The translations under genes and the position numbers were made by a program. A DNA stretch of 64,000 nucleotides from Thermodesulfobacteriota bacterium (GTDB lineage: Bacteria; Desulfobacterota; Desulfarculia; JACQYL01): contig CAXXLZ010000002.1 in the NCBI GenBank assembly GCA_963675595.2, positions 96,001 through 160,000 of the forward strand. The letters run 5' to 3'. Below, piece after piece: positions 20,448 through 29,961 of this stretch (positions are counted from its first letter, which is position 1; each line of letters begins with the position of its first letter). The notes beneath the pieces were generated by a model. That model did not search any database. It saw only the letters and a list, made by a program, of their open reading frames with translations, and was not told the origin of the DNA.

Positions 20448-20712
20448 CCCATCCCTTTTCCTTAATAAATCAAGCAGGTTATTCGACCGACTCCCGCGCC
20501 CGCCCGCCCCTGTCGTGTTTGACCAAAAGCGCATGATCCTCAAAGCGCAGCGCGATCCCGCATCCATTCCCGGACGCGGGCCCTTCCTCATTTCTCTTTC
20601 GTCTGTGGACGTCATTTTCGTCACCCCCTCTCCTCCCACCCAACGTCGTTCGTTTCCCTGATTCATGCGTAATTTTAGATAGTTCCAACTATGTCACTCT
20701 CCGTCCTCTCCA

Positions 20713-20728
20713 CGGCACATCGCTTGCT
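20713..20728 (+). promoter_or_regulatory. sigma54 promoter of methylamine operon
   Basis: CGGCACATCGCTTGCT (GG-N10-GC) between activator gene and mttC. Confidence 0.72.
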
Positions 20729-20847
20729 CTTACAGTGATGATGGGATGCCGTCGATGGATTCGAATTTCAACCTTCAATTACTCGGGGAGGTGATTTCTC
20801 AGATTAGAGCCCCAAGTCCGAAAATCAGATGAAAGGAGGGTAACCTT

Positions 20848-21492
20848 TTGAGCAAAGAAGCATTGATTGAGAAGGCCAAACAGGTGGTCATCGAAGGCGA
20901 CGAAGACGGCGCCGTGGAATTGGCCAACAAGGTGATCGAAGAGGGCGTCAACCCCGTCGAAATCATCAACGAAGGGTTGACGCCGGGAATGACGACCATC
21001 GGCGACATGTTCGGGAATGAGGAAATTCCTCTACCCGGCGTGTTGGTCGCCGCGGAAGCGATGACCAAGGCCATCGAAATCCTGGAGCCTCACATTCCCA
21101 AGGACAGCTCTTCCAAGAAGATCGGTACGGTGGTCATTGGAACCATCGAAGGGGACATCCACGACATCGGTAAACGGATCGTGGCCACGATGATGCGCGT
21201 GTACGGCTTCGACGTGCACGACCTCGGCCGAGACGTACCCATCGGCGACTTCGTGAACACGGCCAAAGAAGTCGGGGCGGATATCGTGGGGTCTTCCACT
21301 CTGATGACCACCACCATGGCCGGTCAGAAGACTCTGGAGGAAGAGCTGAACAAAGCGGGGATCCGGGACAAGGTCAAGACCATGATCGGTGGAGCGGCGA
21401 CGACTCAGGAATGGGCCAACAAAATCGGCGCGGACTGTTACGCCGAAGACTCCACGGACGCCGTGAGAAAGGCCAAAGAGCTCATTAGTTAA
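20848..21492 (+). CDS. mttC: Trimethylamine corrinoid protein
   Basis: B12-binding EGDIHDIGK motif; TTG start with AAGGAGG; directly before mttB. Confidence 0.85.
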   Translation: MSKEALIEKAKQVVIEGDEDGAVELANKVIEEGVNPVEIINEGLTPGMTTIGDMFGNEEIPLPGVLVAAEAMTKAIEILEPHIPKDSSSKKIGTVVIGTIEGDIHDIGKRIVATMMRVYGFDVHDLGRDVPIGDFVNTAKEVGADIVGSSTLMTTTMAGQKTLEEELNKAGIRDKVKTMIGGAATTQEWANKIGADCYAEDSTDAVRKAKELIS

Positions 21493-21563
21493 GGGAGGTG
21501 CACAGGTGATCCCAAGGCGACCGGAAATGGAAACACCAGACTTAGCGGAAAGGAGGTGAAAGG

Positions 21564-23027
21564 ATGATTCGAGGACTGAAAGCCGGAGTCATGAATCTGG
21601 AAGGCTTCGGTTTGAACATGTTCAGTCGTGATCAATTAGATGAACTCCACTATGCAACCCTCGACGTCCTTCAGAACTACGGCGTCCAGGTGTATTGCGA
21701 CGAAGCCCTGGATATTTTCGACGGAGCCGGGGCCTTTGTCGACCGAAAGACCAATCAGGTGCGCATCCCCGCCAATTTGGTGGAAGATGCCATTATATCG
21801 GCACCCAGTACGATTCTGCTGGCGGGACGTACGCCGGAATACGACGTCACCATCCAGCCTCGTCGACTCGGTTTTACCTGTTTCGGCGCGGGCGTCATGG
21901 TTGTGGACCCCTTCAACGGCGAATTCCGGGAGTCCAACAAGACCGACGTGGGTCACACGGCATTGGCTTGCGACGCCATGGATAACGTGGACATTTATTC
22001 CAGCGCCGTGGTGGCCAGGGATATTTCGGGCCCCGCCACCGACCTTCACGAAGCGGAAGCGTTTCTAAGCAACACCATGAAACACTGTCAGCACATCGAT
22101 TTGACGGGCGGCCCGGGAGCCAAGAAGTTCTTTGAAATGGCCGCGGCCGTCGTCGGTGGGCTGGACAAGCTGCGGGAGCGGCCCTTGGTATCCGCTCTGG
22201 TTTGCCCTACGAGCCCCCTGCAGCTCCACACCCATACCGCCGAGATCATCATTGAGTGCGCACGGTACGGGGTGCCCGTGAACGTTCTTTCCATGGCCAT
22301 GTCGGGAGCCTCTTCCCCGGTCACTCTGGCGGGAACCCTGGTGACGCACAACGCGGAAGTGCTCAGCGGCATCGTGTTGCACCAGCTCACCGCCAAGGGA
22401 GCGCCGGTCATTTACGGCAGCTCGACCACGACCTTCGACATGAATTACACCACCGCTCCCGTTGGTTCGCCTGAATTGGGAATGATCAGCGCCGGCGTGG
22501 TGGAACTGGCTCGTTACTACATGCTTCCGAGCTACGTCGCGGGAACATAGGCTGACAGCAAACTGTCCGACGCTCAGGCCGGGCATGAAAAGACCATCAC
22601 CTCTTTGCTTCCGGCGTTGGCGGGCGCCAACTTGATCTACGGGATGGGAATGCTGGAGTTAGGAGTGACTTTCAGCTTCGCTCAACTCCTGATCGATAAC
22701 GAAATCGCCGGGATGGTCAAAAGAGTGGTCCAGGGCATTCATATATCGGACGCGACCCTCGGGGTCGAGCTGATCAAAAAGGTCGGAGCCGGGAAGGACT
22801 TTCTCGCTGAAAAACACACCAGAGAGTGGATGGGATGCGAGCAGTCCAAGGTGAAGTTGATCGACCGCAGAATGCGAGGAAACTGGACGCGAAGAGGGGC
22901 CAAGGATCTGGGGCAGGCCGCCACGGAAAAGGCCAGGGAGCTTCTGGAAACCCATAAGGTGCCGGCGCTTCCGGACAACGTGCTGTCCACGTTTAGATCC
23001 ATCATTGAGGACGTTGAGAACGAATAA
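21564..23027 (+). CDS. mttB: Pyrrolysine-containing trimethylamine:corrinoid methyltransferase (487 aa, Pyl329)
   Basis: ORFs 21564-22550 and 22605-23027 are in one frame separated only by TAG 22548-22550; read-through YVAGT-O-ADSKLSDAQAGHEKT matches the MttB Pyl site. Confidence 0.95.
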
Positions 23028-23443
23028 CGTCCTTTCGGCATAGACACCGATCGGAGGCAAAGCGGAGAACGGAACCCTTAACTCGATGAAACCTTTCGTC
23101 CGGATTGCAGAGTCTCTCCGGGTGAAGCGAATTCGACGAGAACCGGGGCCGTACCGCGTGCCGACGTCACTTACGGGCTTGGGAATCGGGCCGAAGGCCC
23201 GTTTCCCGGTCCTTTTCACCCGGTCCGGTTTCGGGTGCCGGGTTTCGCAGTCTCCCTTACGTCCACCGTCCGGCATATGCTGCGAGCCCGAAAAACAACG
23301 AGGTTCAAACCATATCCGAGTCGTTGGCTCGGTACGGGGCTTCAAGCTTCTCGGAGTAACCAACGATGCCACGCGTGTGATCGATACGACCGTCGGATGG
23401 GTGTACCGCGCGATCTAGACAAAACGAGTTGGAGGAGGACTGA

Positions 23444-24511
23444 ATGCAGACATTAGAACAAGCGAGAGTTCAGTACCGGAACCGTTCGGTGAAATGGGGG
23501 TTCATCTGGGCGCTCTGGTGCGCCATCCTCTGGGGCGCTTGGTACGTCCCCGGCACCGCGGTTTGGTACGAAGCTCCCTTCGTCGACATGGCCTTCGAAA
23601 CCCCGGGAGAAACTTTGCTCGCGGCGGCGATCATCACCACGCTGAATGCGGTCGCCGTCCTGCTTTTCCTGTTCATTTGGGTGGGGACCCTCGGGAAGCT
23701 GTCCGATTATGGACGAACCATACGGCAAATGAAGAAGATATCCTTCTGGTATTTCTTCGCCGCGATTTTCGGAGGGCCGTGCGCCATTTACGGATCTTAC
23801 CTGGCCATCGCCTATGTAGGGCCCGTTTTCGCGGCCATCGCCGCTCTCCTTTATCCCGTAGTCGGGGCCACCATCGCCCGCCTCTGGTATAATGAAAAAA
23901 TAACGACTCGGGCCGCTCTTGGGATATTCATCATTATCTCCGGCGGCGTGGTCGTCTACGGTCCGGGAATTTTCGGTGAGATGTCCGGTGCCTCGGACGC
24001 CTCCTGGATCGGCTACCTTGGGGGAGCCATGGCGGCTCTCGGCTGGGGGATCGAAGGAGCCATCGCGGGTCGTGCCCTGGACGTTACTGATCCCGACGTG
24101 GGCATCACCGTCCGATTCACCGCGGAAACCGCTTATTGGGTGTTCATTATCCTTCCGCTGGTCGCTCTGTTCAGCGACGCGCCCGTGTGGTCTCTCGTGG
24201 GACGGACGCTGACTTCCATGGGAGTGGTGTGGCTCCTGCTGGCCGGCATCACCTTCGCTTTCTGTTACGTGTCCTGGTACAAATCCTTCCCCCTCATCGG
24301 CGTGGGTCGAGGCCAGGCCATCGCGGACCTTTACGGCGTCTTCGCCGTGTTATGGCTCCTTATCTTCACTCTGGACGTTCCCCAATGGAATTTCGTGATC
24401 GGATTATTGCTCACGATCTTCGGCGGTTTCGTCATGTACACCGAAAAATCCGAAGTCATCGAAGTCGTCCGCGCCGTGGGCAAGGGCGATGAAACTGCGG
24501 AGGCATGCTGA
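23444..24511 (+). CDS. mttP: DMT/EamA-family transporter, MttP-like methylamine permease
   Basis: About 10 TM helices with two EamA-like halves; RBS GGAGGAGG; follows mttB. Confidence 0.75.
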   Translation: MQTLEQARVQYRNRSVKWGFIWALWCAILWGAWYVPGTAVWYEAPFVDMAFETPGETLLAAAIITTLNAVAVLLFLFIWVGTLGKLSDYGRTIRQMKKISFWYFFAAIFGGPCAIYGSYLAIAYVGPVFAAIAALLYPVVGATIARLWYNEKITTRAALGIFIIISGGVVVYGPGIFGEMSGASDASWIGYLGGAMAALGWGIEGAIAGRALDVTDPDVGITVRFTAETAYWVFIILPLVALFSDAPVWSLVGRTLTSMGVVWLLLAGITFAFCYVSWYKSFPLIGVGRGQAIADLYGVFAVLWLLIFTLDVPQWNFVIGLLLTIFGGFVMYTEKSEVIEVVRAVGKGDETAEAC

Positions 24512-24801
24512 TGGGACAGGTTCATATGAAAGGTTTCATCCTCCAGCTTCTGGCCAAGAACCCCGACGGATTGTGGGACCACGAGATATCCAAGGAAACT
24601 CTGGCGCAATATGATTGCACCGGAGACTATTGGAAGTCCACGGTTCGTGTAACCCTGACGGACCTTTATTCCGGCGGACTTGTGGAAGAGCTTGAGGATA
24701 GACTCGACCAGGGAGAACATTTTGGACCGGGCAAGGTATTGGTGAAATTCAGACTAAGCGACTTCGGTCGTTCCCGTATGCAGGATACCGGTCTCTTGTA
24801 A
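24511..24801 (+). CDS. Small hypothetical protein (winged-helix-like) coupled to mttP
   Basis: TGATG overlap with mttP, RBS GGAGG; ILQLL...WDHEI...LTDLYSGGLVE...FRLSDFG. Confidence 0.7.
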   Translation: MGQVHMKGFILQLLAKNPDGLWDHEISKETLAQYDCTGDYWKSTVRVTLTDLYSGGLVEELEDRLDQGEHFGPGKVLVKFRLSDFGRSRMQDTGLL

Positions 24802-24833
24802 CGTCACCATGATATCATCGGAGGGAATGCATC

Positions 24834-24944
24834 ATGTCGTCTTTTTGGGGTTATACCGGAGCGGACATTTTAGCAATCGTCCTCATCACGGCTTTGAGCC
24901 TGGTGTGCCTGTACCAAGCGCGCACCTTTGTAAAGAAATTATAG
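24834..24944 (+). CDS. 36-aa single-pass membrane peptide
   Basis: GGAGG 9 nt upstream; MSSFWGYTGADILAIVLITALSLVCLYQARTFVKKL-TAG; below ORF track cutoff. Confidence 0.65.
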   Translation: MSSFWGYTGADILAIVLITALSLVCLYQARTFVKKL

Positions 24945-25116
24945 TCGGGAACCGTTGGGCTGAGTAGAACTTTATAACCTGTCGGCATTATTCGACATAC
25001 CGCCCATCATTGTCAATTGTGGAGACCCATCGGGTCCTAATGTCCCATTGAACCTTTCCCGAACTCTGGTTTGATGATATAAACATGCATAAATAGAAGG
25101 GAGGTGAAAGCAAGAC

Positions 25117-25764
25117 ATGGATAAGAAAGAATGGTTCGAGAAAGCGGCCAAGACCGTGCTTGACGCGGATCAGGAAGCAGCCGTTAAGGTGGCTGAGGAG
25201 GCCGTTGCAGCCGGTATCAACCCCTTGGAAATGCTTAACCAGGGTTTTTCGGAAGGGATCATGCGTATTGGTGATCTTTTCGACCGAGGAGAAGTTTTTC
25301 TCCCCGAACTGATCATCGCTTCCGAAGCAATGGTCGCCGCCGTCAAGGTGCTGGAAGCGGCGTTGCCCGCTGAAGAACACAAGGAGAAGCTGGGCAAAGT
25401 CGTCATCGGAAGCATCGAAGGAGACGTTCACGACATCGGCAAAGGAATCATGGTCACCATGCTTCGCGTGTACGGGTTCGAGGTCTACGATCTCGGAAGA
25501 GACGTTCCCATCAAGTCCTTCGTTGACAAGGCGAAGGAGGTGGACGCGGACTTTGTGGGTTCTTCGGCCTTGATGACCACCACACAGGTGGGCCAGAAAG
25601 CGCTCGAGGCAGCACTGAGTGAAGCGGGACTCCGCGACAAGGTAAAAACCATGGTGGGCGGTGCTGTGGCTACCCAGCACTGGGCCAACAAAATCGGCGC
25701 CGATCTTTACGCCGAAACCGCGACGGAAGCCGTTATGAAGCTCAAGGAGCTTGCAGGCGGCTGA
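25117..25764 (+). CDS. mtbC: Dimethylamine corrinoid protein
   Basis: EGDVHDIGK motif; RBS GGAGGTG; directly before mtbB. Confidence 0.85.
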   Translation: MDKKEWFEKAAKTVLDADQEAAVKVAEEAVAAGINPLEMLNQGFSEGIMRIGDLFDRGEVFLPELIIASEAMVAAVKVLEAALPAEEHKEKLGKVVIGSIEGDVHDIGKGIMVTMLRVYGFEVYDLGRDVPIKSFVDKAKEVDADFVGSSALMTTTQVGQKALEAALSEAGLRDKVKTMVGGAVATQHWANKIGADLYAETATEAVMKLKELAGG

Positions 25765-25780
25765 GAAGGGAGGTGAGTCC

Positions 25781-27181
25781 ATGAAGAAATACCTCACCCG
25801 TCGGGGTGACGGAGTCCGCATCGAGATGACGGATGACGAACTCAGAGCCGACTTTGAGTCGGGCATCCAGGATGCGGCGGAAAGAGGGAAGATCGACCCC
25901 CTTTCCAACGAGGACCTCGACCGGCTGATGGACATTTTCACTGATCCCAATCGAATCGTCGGTGTGGAACCCGGGAACGAAGTTCCCTTGACCCACGATA
26001 TCGGTACGCTTCGTTTGATGGGCGATCAGGGAAACAGCGGCGTGGGAATACCGCTGAGCAGGGTCCACGGGATCCAGGTGCATGAACGGGCTTTCTGTTC
26101 CGACTCCATGGAGCTTGGACACATTGATTACAGCTTCAAGCCCATTAAACCCGTGATCGCCATGGAACAGCAGGAGTACGAGAATGCACAAATGTGCACG
26201 ATCATTCCTCTGTTGTACGGCGCCATGCCCAATCTGGGCCTTTATTACGCCCCGGACGGCCCCTTCGGGAACCCGTCCGATCTCTTGCCCGCGGGCAAAG
26301 TCAAAGAGGCGCTGGAAGCCCAGGAACAAGCGGTGGAACACGCCACCAAAGACATGATCTATATCTCCGAGAAGCTCGCAAATGTGGGCTGCGACGGGAT
26401 CAACTTCGACACCACCGGAGCCGCGGGCGACACGGATTTCGCCGCCACGCTCAAGGCGGTGGAACATCTGAAAAAGACCACCAACCTGGCCGTCCAGGTG
26501 GGCATGGCGGGCGAGTTCGTTCTGGGAATGCACGGCAGCCTCAAGTACAACGGAACCAGGCTGGCCGGGCTCTATCCCCACAAGCAACTCGAATTGGTGG
26601 AACAAGCGGGGGCGGACATCTTCGGACCCGTGGTAAACACCAAGCCGAGCAAGTCCATGGCTTGGAATCTGGCCCGGGCGGTTACCTTCGTCAAGGCGTG
26701 TACGGCCGTCGCCAAGATTCCCATCCATGTGAATATGGGAATGGGCGTGGGCGGCTCCCCCGTTTTCGAGACTCCGCCCATCGACAGCGTGACCCGCGCA
26801 TCCAAGGCCATGGTGGAAATCGGCCGCGCGGACGGGTTGTAGATAGGCGTGGGGGACCCCCTTGGGATGCCGATAGCTCACGGCATGGCAGCAGGCATGG
26901 GCGGAATCAGGACGGCCGGAGATCTGGTGGTCCGAATGCAACTGAGCCGCAAGATGCGGATTCAGGAAGCGAAAGCCTATGTGGCCGACAAGCTGAAAGT
27001 ATCCCCGGTAGACCTGTCGGACGAGAACGTGATGAGAGAAGTCCGCGAGGAGCTGGACATCGGAGTCATCACTTCGGTCCCGGGTTGTGCCAAAGGAATG
27101 GAAGCGAAAGCGAAAATCGCCGACTTGCTCGGCATTGAAATCAACAGTGTCAGCCGTTTCAAACGGAAGCTCGGTCTATAG
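25781..27181 (+). CDS. mtbB: Pyrrolysine-containing dimethylamine:corrinoid methyltransferase (466 aa, Pyl354)
   Basis: [11 protein letters not shown] start with GGAGGTG; in-frame TAG 26840-26842 in [15 protein letters not shown]; GIRTAGDLV motif downstream; ends at TAG 27179-27181. Confidence 0.95.
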
Positions 27182-27191
27182 ACCGGAACAA

Positions 27192-27215
27192 GCGGGCTTC
27201 CCTCGGGAAGCCCGC
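27192..27215 (+). terminator. Strong hairpin after mtbB (terminator or transcript-stabilising)
   Basis: GCGGGCTTCC-CTCG-GGAAGCCCGC followed by a short CCTTT. Confidence 0.55.
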
Positions 27216-27275
27216 CCTTTCAGGCGCCCGCTGGAGAGCACCAGACTCCCGGACGCCAATACAAGGAATCATTTG

Positions 27276-27866
27276 GTGAGCCGAAAAAACACACCCGACC
27301 TTCAGTCAGCGTTCCATTCCGCCGACCCCTCTTTGGAAGAAGCGTTCGAAGCGGTCTCCCGGGAGCACGGCGTTCGCGTGTATCCTCTTGAATTGGAGAG
27401 CATCAAGCCTTCGTACAGCATCCGTCTCAAGTGTCAGGTGCCCTTGTGCGAATATTACGGTGTGTCCAAAGTATGCCCGCCGAACATCCCGGATGTCCCC
27501 GAATTCCGTGAAGCGATGAAGGATTATCGGATGGCGTTTCTGGTGGTGTACACGGAACGCATCGACAACATTCAGCACTATCGAAAGGACTTCACCGCGG
27601 AGCGAAAGCTCGCCGACGCGGTCTCCGCCTTGGAGGCGGCGGCTTATCGGCACGGTTGGTATCGGGCGTTGGGACTGTGCGTGGGGGGTTGCAAGCTGTG
27701 CCCAAGCTGTGCGGGGGCCGACGAGCCATGTCGGCATCCCTTTAAGGCCCGCCCCAGTCCGGAAGGGTTCGGCATCGACGTAACCGAACTCGCCCGCAAT
27801 CTGGGAGTGGCGGTCGAATGGCCTCCCCGCGACCAAGTCAACTTCTTGGGCCTTCTGTTCCTCTGA
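27276..27866 (+). CDS. DUF2284-type Cys-rich putative metal-binding protein
   Basis: RLKCQVPLCEYYG..CPP, GCKLCPSC...CRHPFKARPSPEGFGIDV; start at TTG/GTG 27273/27276 after AAGGA. Confidence 0.82.
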   Translation: MSRKNTPDLQSAFHSADPSLEEAFEAVSREHGVRVYPLELESIKPSYSIRLKCQVPLCEYYGVSKVCPPNIPDVPEFREAMKDYRMAFLVVYTERIDNIQHYRKDFTAERKLADAVSALEAAAYRHGWYRALGLCVGGCKLCPSCAGADEPCRHPFKARPSPEGFGIDVTELARNLGVAVEWPPRDQVNFLGLLFL

Positions 27867-27968
27867 TTCGCGACCAGGCACGGTATGAAACCGCCGTTTC
27901 TTTTTCTTCTTCAGGAATCATCGTCTCGAGAATCATGATCGAGGCGAGATGGAGTTTGAGGATATATA

Positions 27969-28937
27969 ATGTTCAGCATGCTCAGCTGTTATGATCGGGT
28001 CCGCAAGGAAGTCGTCGGCAGGGAAGTGGAAGCCAAATCCATTCTCGTGGCCATGGATGCGGGAAAACACATACTTCTCGAAGGACCTCCGGGAACCTCC
28101 AAGTCCACTCTTTTAAGAATCATCGCGAAGGAAAGCGGCATCCCCTTGTATATCATCGAAGGCAACATCGATCTGACCCCGGCCAAGCTCGTGGGGCATT
28201 TCAATCCCTCCAAGGTGATGTCCGACAGCTATCAGCCCGAATATTTCGAAAAGGGTCCCCTGACGAACGCCATGGAAGTAGGAGGGATACTGTACATCGA
28301 GGAATTTAACCGGATGCCCGCCGACGTAGCCAATGTACTCATCTCCCCCATGGAAGAAGGCGAAATGACCATTCCCAGGTACGGCAAGATCAAGGCCGTA
28401 CGCCCCTTCACCGTGATCGCGGCCCAGAACCCTTACGATGATGTGGGCACCGTGAGGGTGAGCAGGGCCTTTATGGATCGGATTTGCCTGATCCGCATGA
28501 CGTATCAGAGTGAAGAAGAAGAGATGGAGATCGTACGGAAAAGATCCACGTCCGAGGATCTCGAAGCGATCGCTTTGGCGGTGGCCATGGCGAGAAAGAC
28601 CAGGGAGCACGAGGACATCAAGCTGGGAGCGTCCGTGCGTGCCGCCATCGATCTGGCGGACATCTATTGGGGACTGCAGAAACTGGCCCGGGACCCGGTC
28701 CGGAACTTCCTCATCGCCGCAAGAATGGCCATGTCCAATAAAATATGGCTCAATGAGATGGCCGCCGACACGGCGGATACGATCATTGAACAGATTTTCG
28801 CCTCCCTGCGCAGCAAATACGGCCGCTTTTTGTACAGGAAGGAAGGCGACGAGGCCGGCGACGGCGTGGAGACGTCGGGCCAAGAATCCCTCGAAGCGGA
28901 CTTGGATATCGAAGAAAAAAAAAAGATCGCTATGTAG
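27969..28937 (+). CDS. MoxR-family AAA+ ATPase (short, 0-frame product)
   Basis: LLEGPPGTSKS Walker A, LYIEEFNR Walker B, AAQNP, AFMDR; acidic tail. Confidence 0.9.
   Translation: MFSMLSCYDRVRKEVVGREVEAKSILVAMDAGKHILLEGPPGTSKSTLLRIIAKESGIPLYIIEGNIDLTPAKLVGHFNPSKVMSDSYQPEYFEKGPLTNAMEVGGILYIEEFNRMPADVANVLISPMEEGEMTIPRYGKIKAVRPFTVIAAQNPYDDVGTVRVSRAFMDRICLIRMTYQSEEEEMEIVRKRSTSEDLEAIALAVAMARKTREHEDIKLGASVRAAIDLADIYWGLQKLARDPVRNFLIAARMAMSNKIWLNEMAADTADTIIEQIFASLRSKYGRFLYRKEGDEAGDGVETSGQESLEADLDIEEKKKIAM
28915..28925 (+). other. A10G slippery site, candidate -1 frameshift / transcriptional slippage
   Basis: GAA GAA AAA AAA AAG puts A_AAA_AAG in the correct phase; -1 frame is open and continuous with the vWA ORF. 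Confidence 0.7.
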
Positions 28938-28960
28938 GGGATAAGTTCCTCGATCGGATT

Positions 28961-29791
28961 ATGACGGGGTCGTCCTATTATTACCGGGTGGCCACGCACC
29001 TGAACAACAACCCGGACGATCTGGTCCCTTTTTTTGAGAAGCAGGACTCCCTGGAAGTATTCGCCAACATTCTGGGGATGCTGAAAAAGGACGTGAGGGA
29101 GATGGCGGCCCAGATCGCCGGCCGCATCATCATCAAGATCGCCAAACAAATCGCGGACACGGGGACGCGTTCCGGCAAGCTCAAGTTGGTCAGAGGGTGG
29201 GTGGACGGCGCGGAACTTGAGCTCGATCTGAGCCTTGAACAATACACCGAAGCGCCCGAGTTGGGCATCGTGGAAAACCTGGTTTCCTATATCAGAAAGC
29301 GGGAGAAGGAAGCCTTCATCATGTTCCTGGACCACAGCTACTCCATGAAGGGGCTCAAGATCGTTTTAGCGGCCATCACCGCGGCTTCCATCGCTCAGCA
29401 CTTCAAGCGGGACTATGCCATCATGGCGTTCAGCAATTCGGTCACCATGCTCAAAGCCATCGACGAATCCACCGGACCCGAGGAGATTCTGCAAAGGCTC
29501 TTCGCTCTGGAACTTTATGGCGACACGGATTTTCAGCGGGCGTTGGAGGCCGGCCTTTACCACCTGAGAAACTTCGACCGGAAGAGAGGGCTGATTCTAA
29601 CGGACGGAGCCTGGAACCAGGGTGGAGATCCACTGGACGCGGCCGCTCGTTTCGACAAGCTCAGCGCCATAGGCTTTCCCCCGTCCAAACACGAAAAAAT
29701 CAGGATTCTGGCGCTCAAAGGCAAAGGGGAATGCGCCTTCGTGGAAAACCAGCATGAGATATCTCGAGCCATCATCCGTTGCCTGAACTGA
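28961..29791 (+). CDS. von Willebrand A domain protein (probably C-terminal part of an AAA-vWA fusion 27969-29791)
   Basis: MIDAS DHSYSM, GDTD, ILTDG; weak RBS; frame open upstream through the poly-A site (KKKDRYVGDKFLDRIMTG). Confidence 0.88.
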   Translation: MTGSSYYYRVATHLNNNPDDLVPFFEKQDSLEVFANILGMLKKDVREMAAQIAGRIIIKIAKQIADTGTRSGKLKLVRGWVDGAELELDLSLEQYTEAPELGIVENLVSYIRKREKEAFIMFLDHSYSMKGLKIVLAAITAASIAQHFKRDYAIMAFSNSVTMLKAIDESTGPEEILQRLFALELYGDTDFQRALEAGLYHLRNFDRKRGLILTDGAWNQGGDPLDAAARFDKLSAIGFPPSKHEKIRILALKGKGECAFVENQHEISRAIIRCLN

Positions 29792-29846
29792 CTCCACGAC
29801 GGAACGCGAATCCATCATGACCGAAAGCGTAAGAACGAAATCCAAA

Positions 29847-29918
29847 GGAGGGTTGATCGGCAAGATCATGAAGACTCTAAATCTTCACAGCCGGGTTGAA
29901 CTCCCGGACCCTCCTCCA
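29847..29918 (+). tRNA. pylT: tRNA-Pyl (anticodon CUA)
   Basis: Acceptor GGAGGGT/ACCCTCC, 1-nt linker, D arm GATC-GGCAA-GATC, 6-bp anticodon stem TGAAGA/TCTTCA with loop CTCTAAA, 3-nt variable CAG, T arm CCGGG-TTGAACT-CCCGG, T73, CCA; directly before pylSn. Confidence 0.96.
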
Positions 29919-29961
29919 ATTTTCGTATCCGTTTGCCGACGGTGCATGAAGGCGTAGACTT

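Noticed and set aside
22551-22600. Shared PYLIS element after the two sense TAGs
   Set aside because: Hairpins after the mttB and mtbB TAGs share no evident sequence or shape, and PYLIS is not generally required
23086-23418. 110-aa ORF ending in TAG upstream of mttP
   Set aside because: No recognisable motif, not in frame with mttP, composition like a GC-rich shadow ORF
28935-28964. Pyl read-through of the AAA ATPase TAG fusing it to vWA
   Set aside because: Read-through gives O-GISSSIGL then TGA; vWA is in the -1 frame, so fusion needs a frameshift
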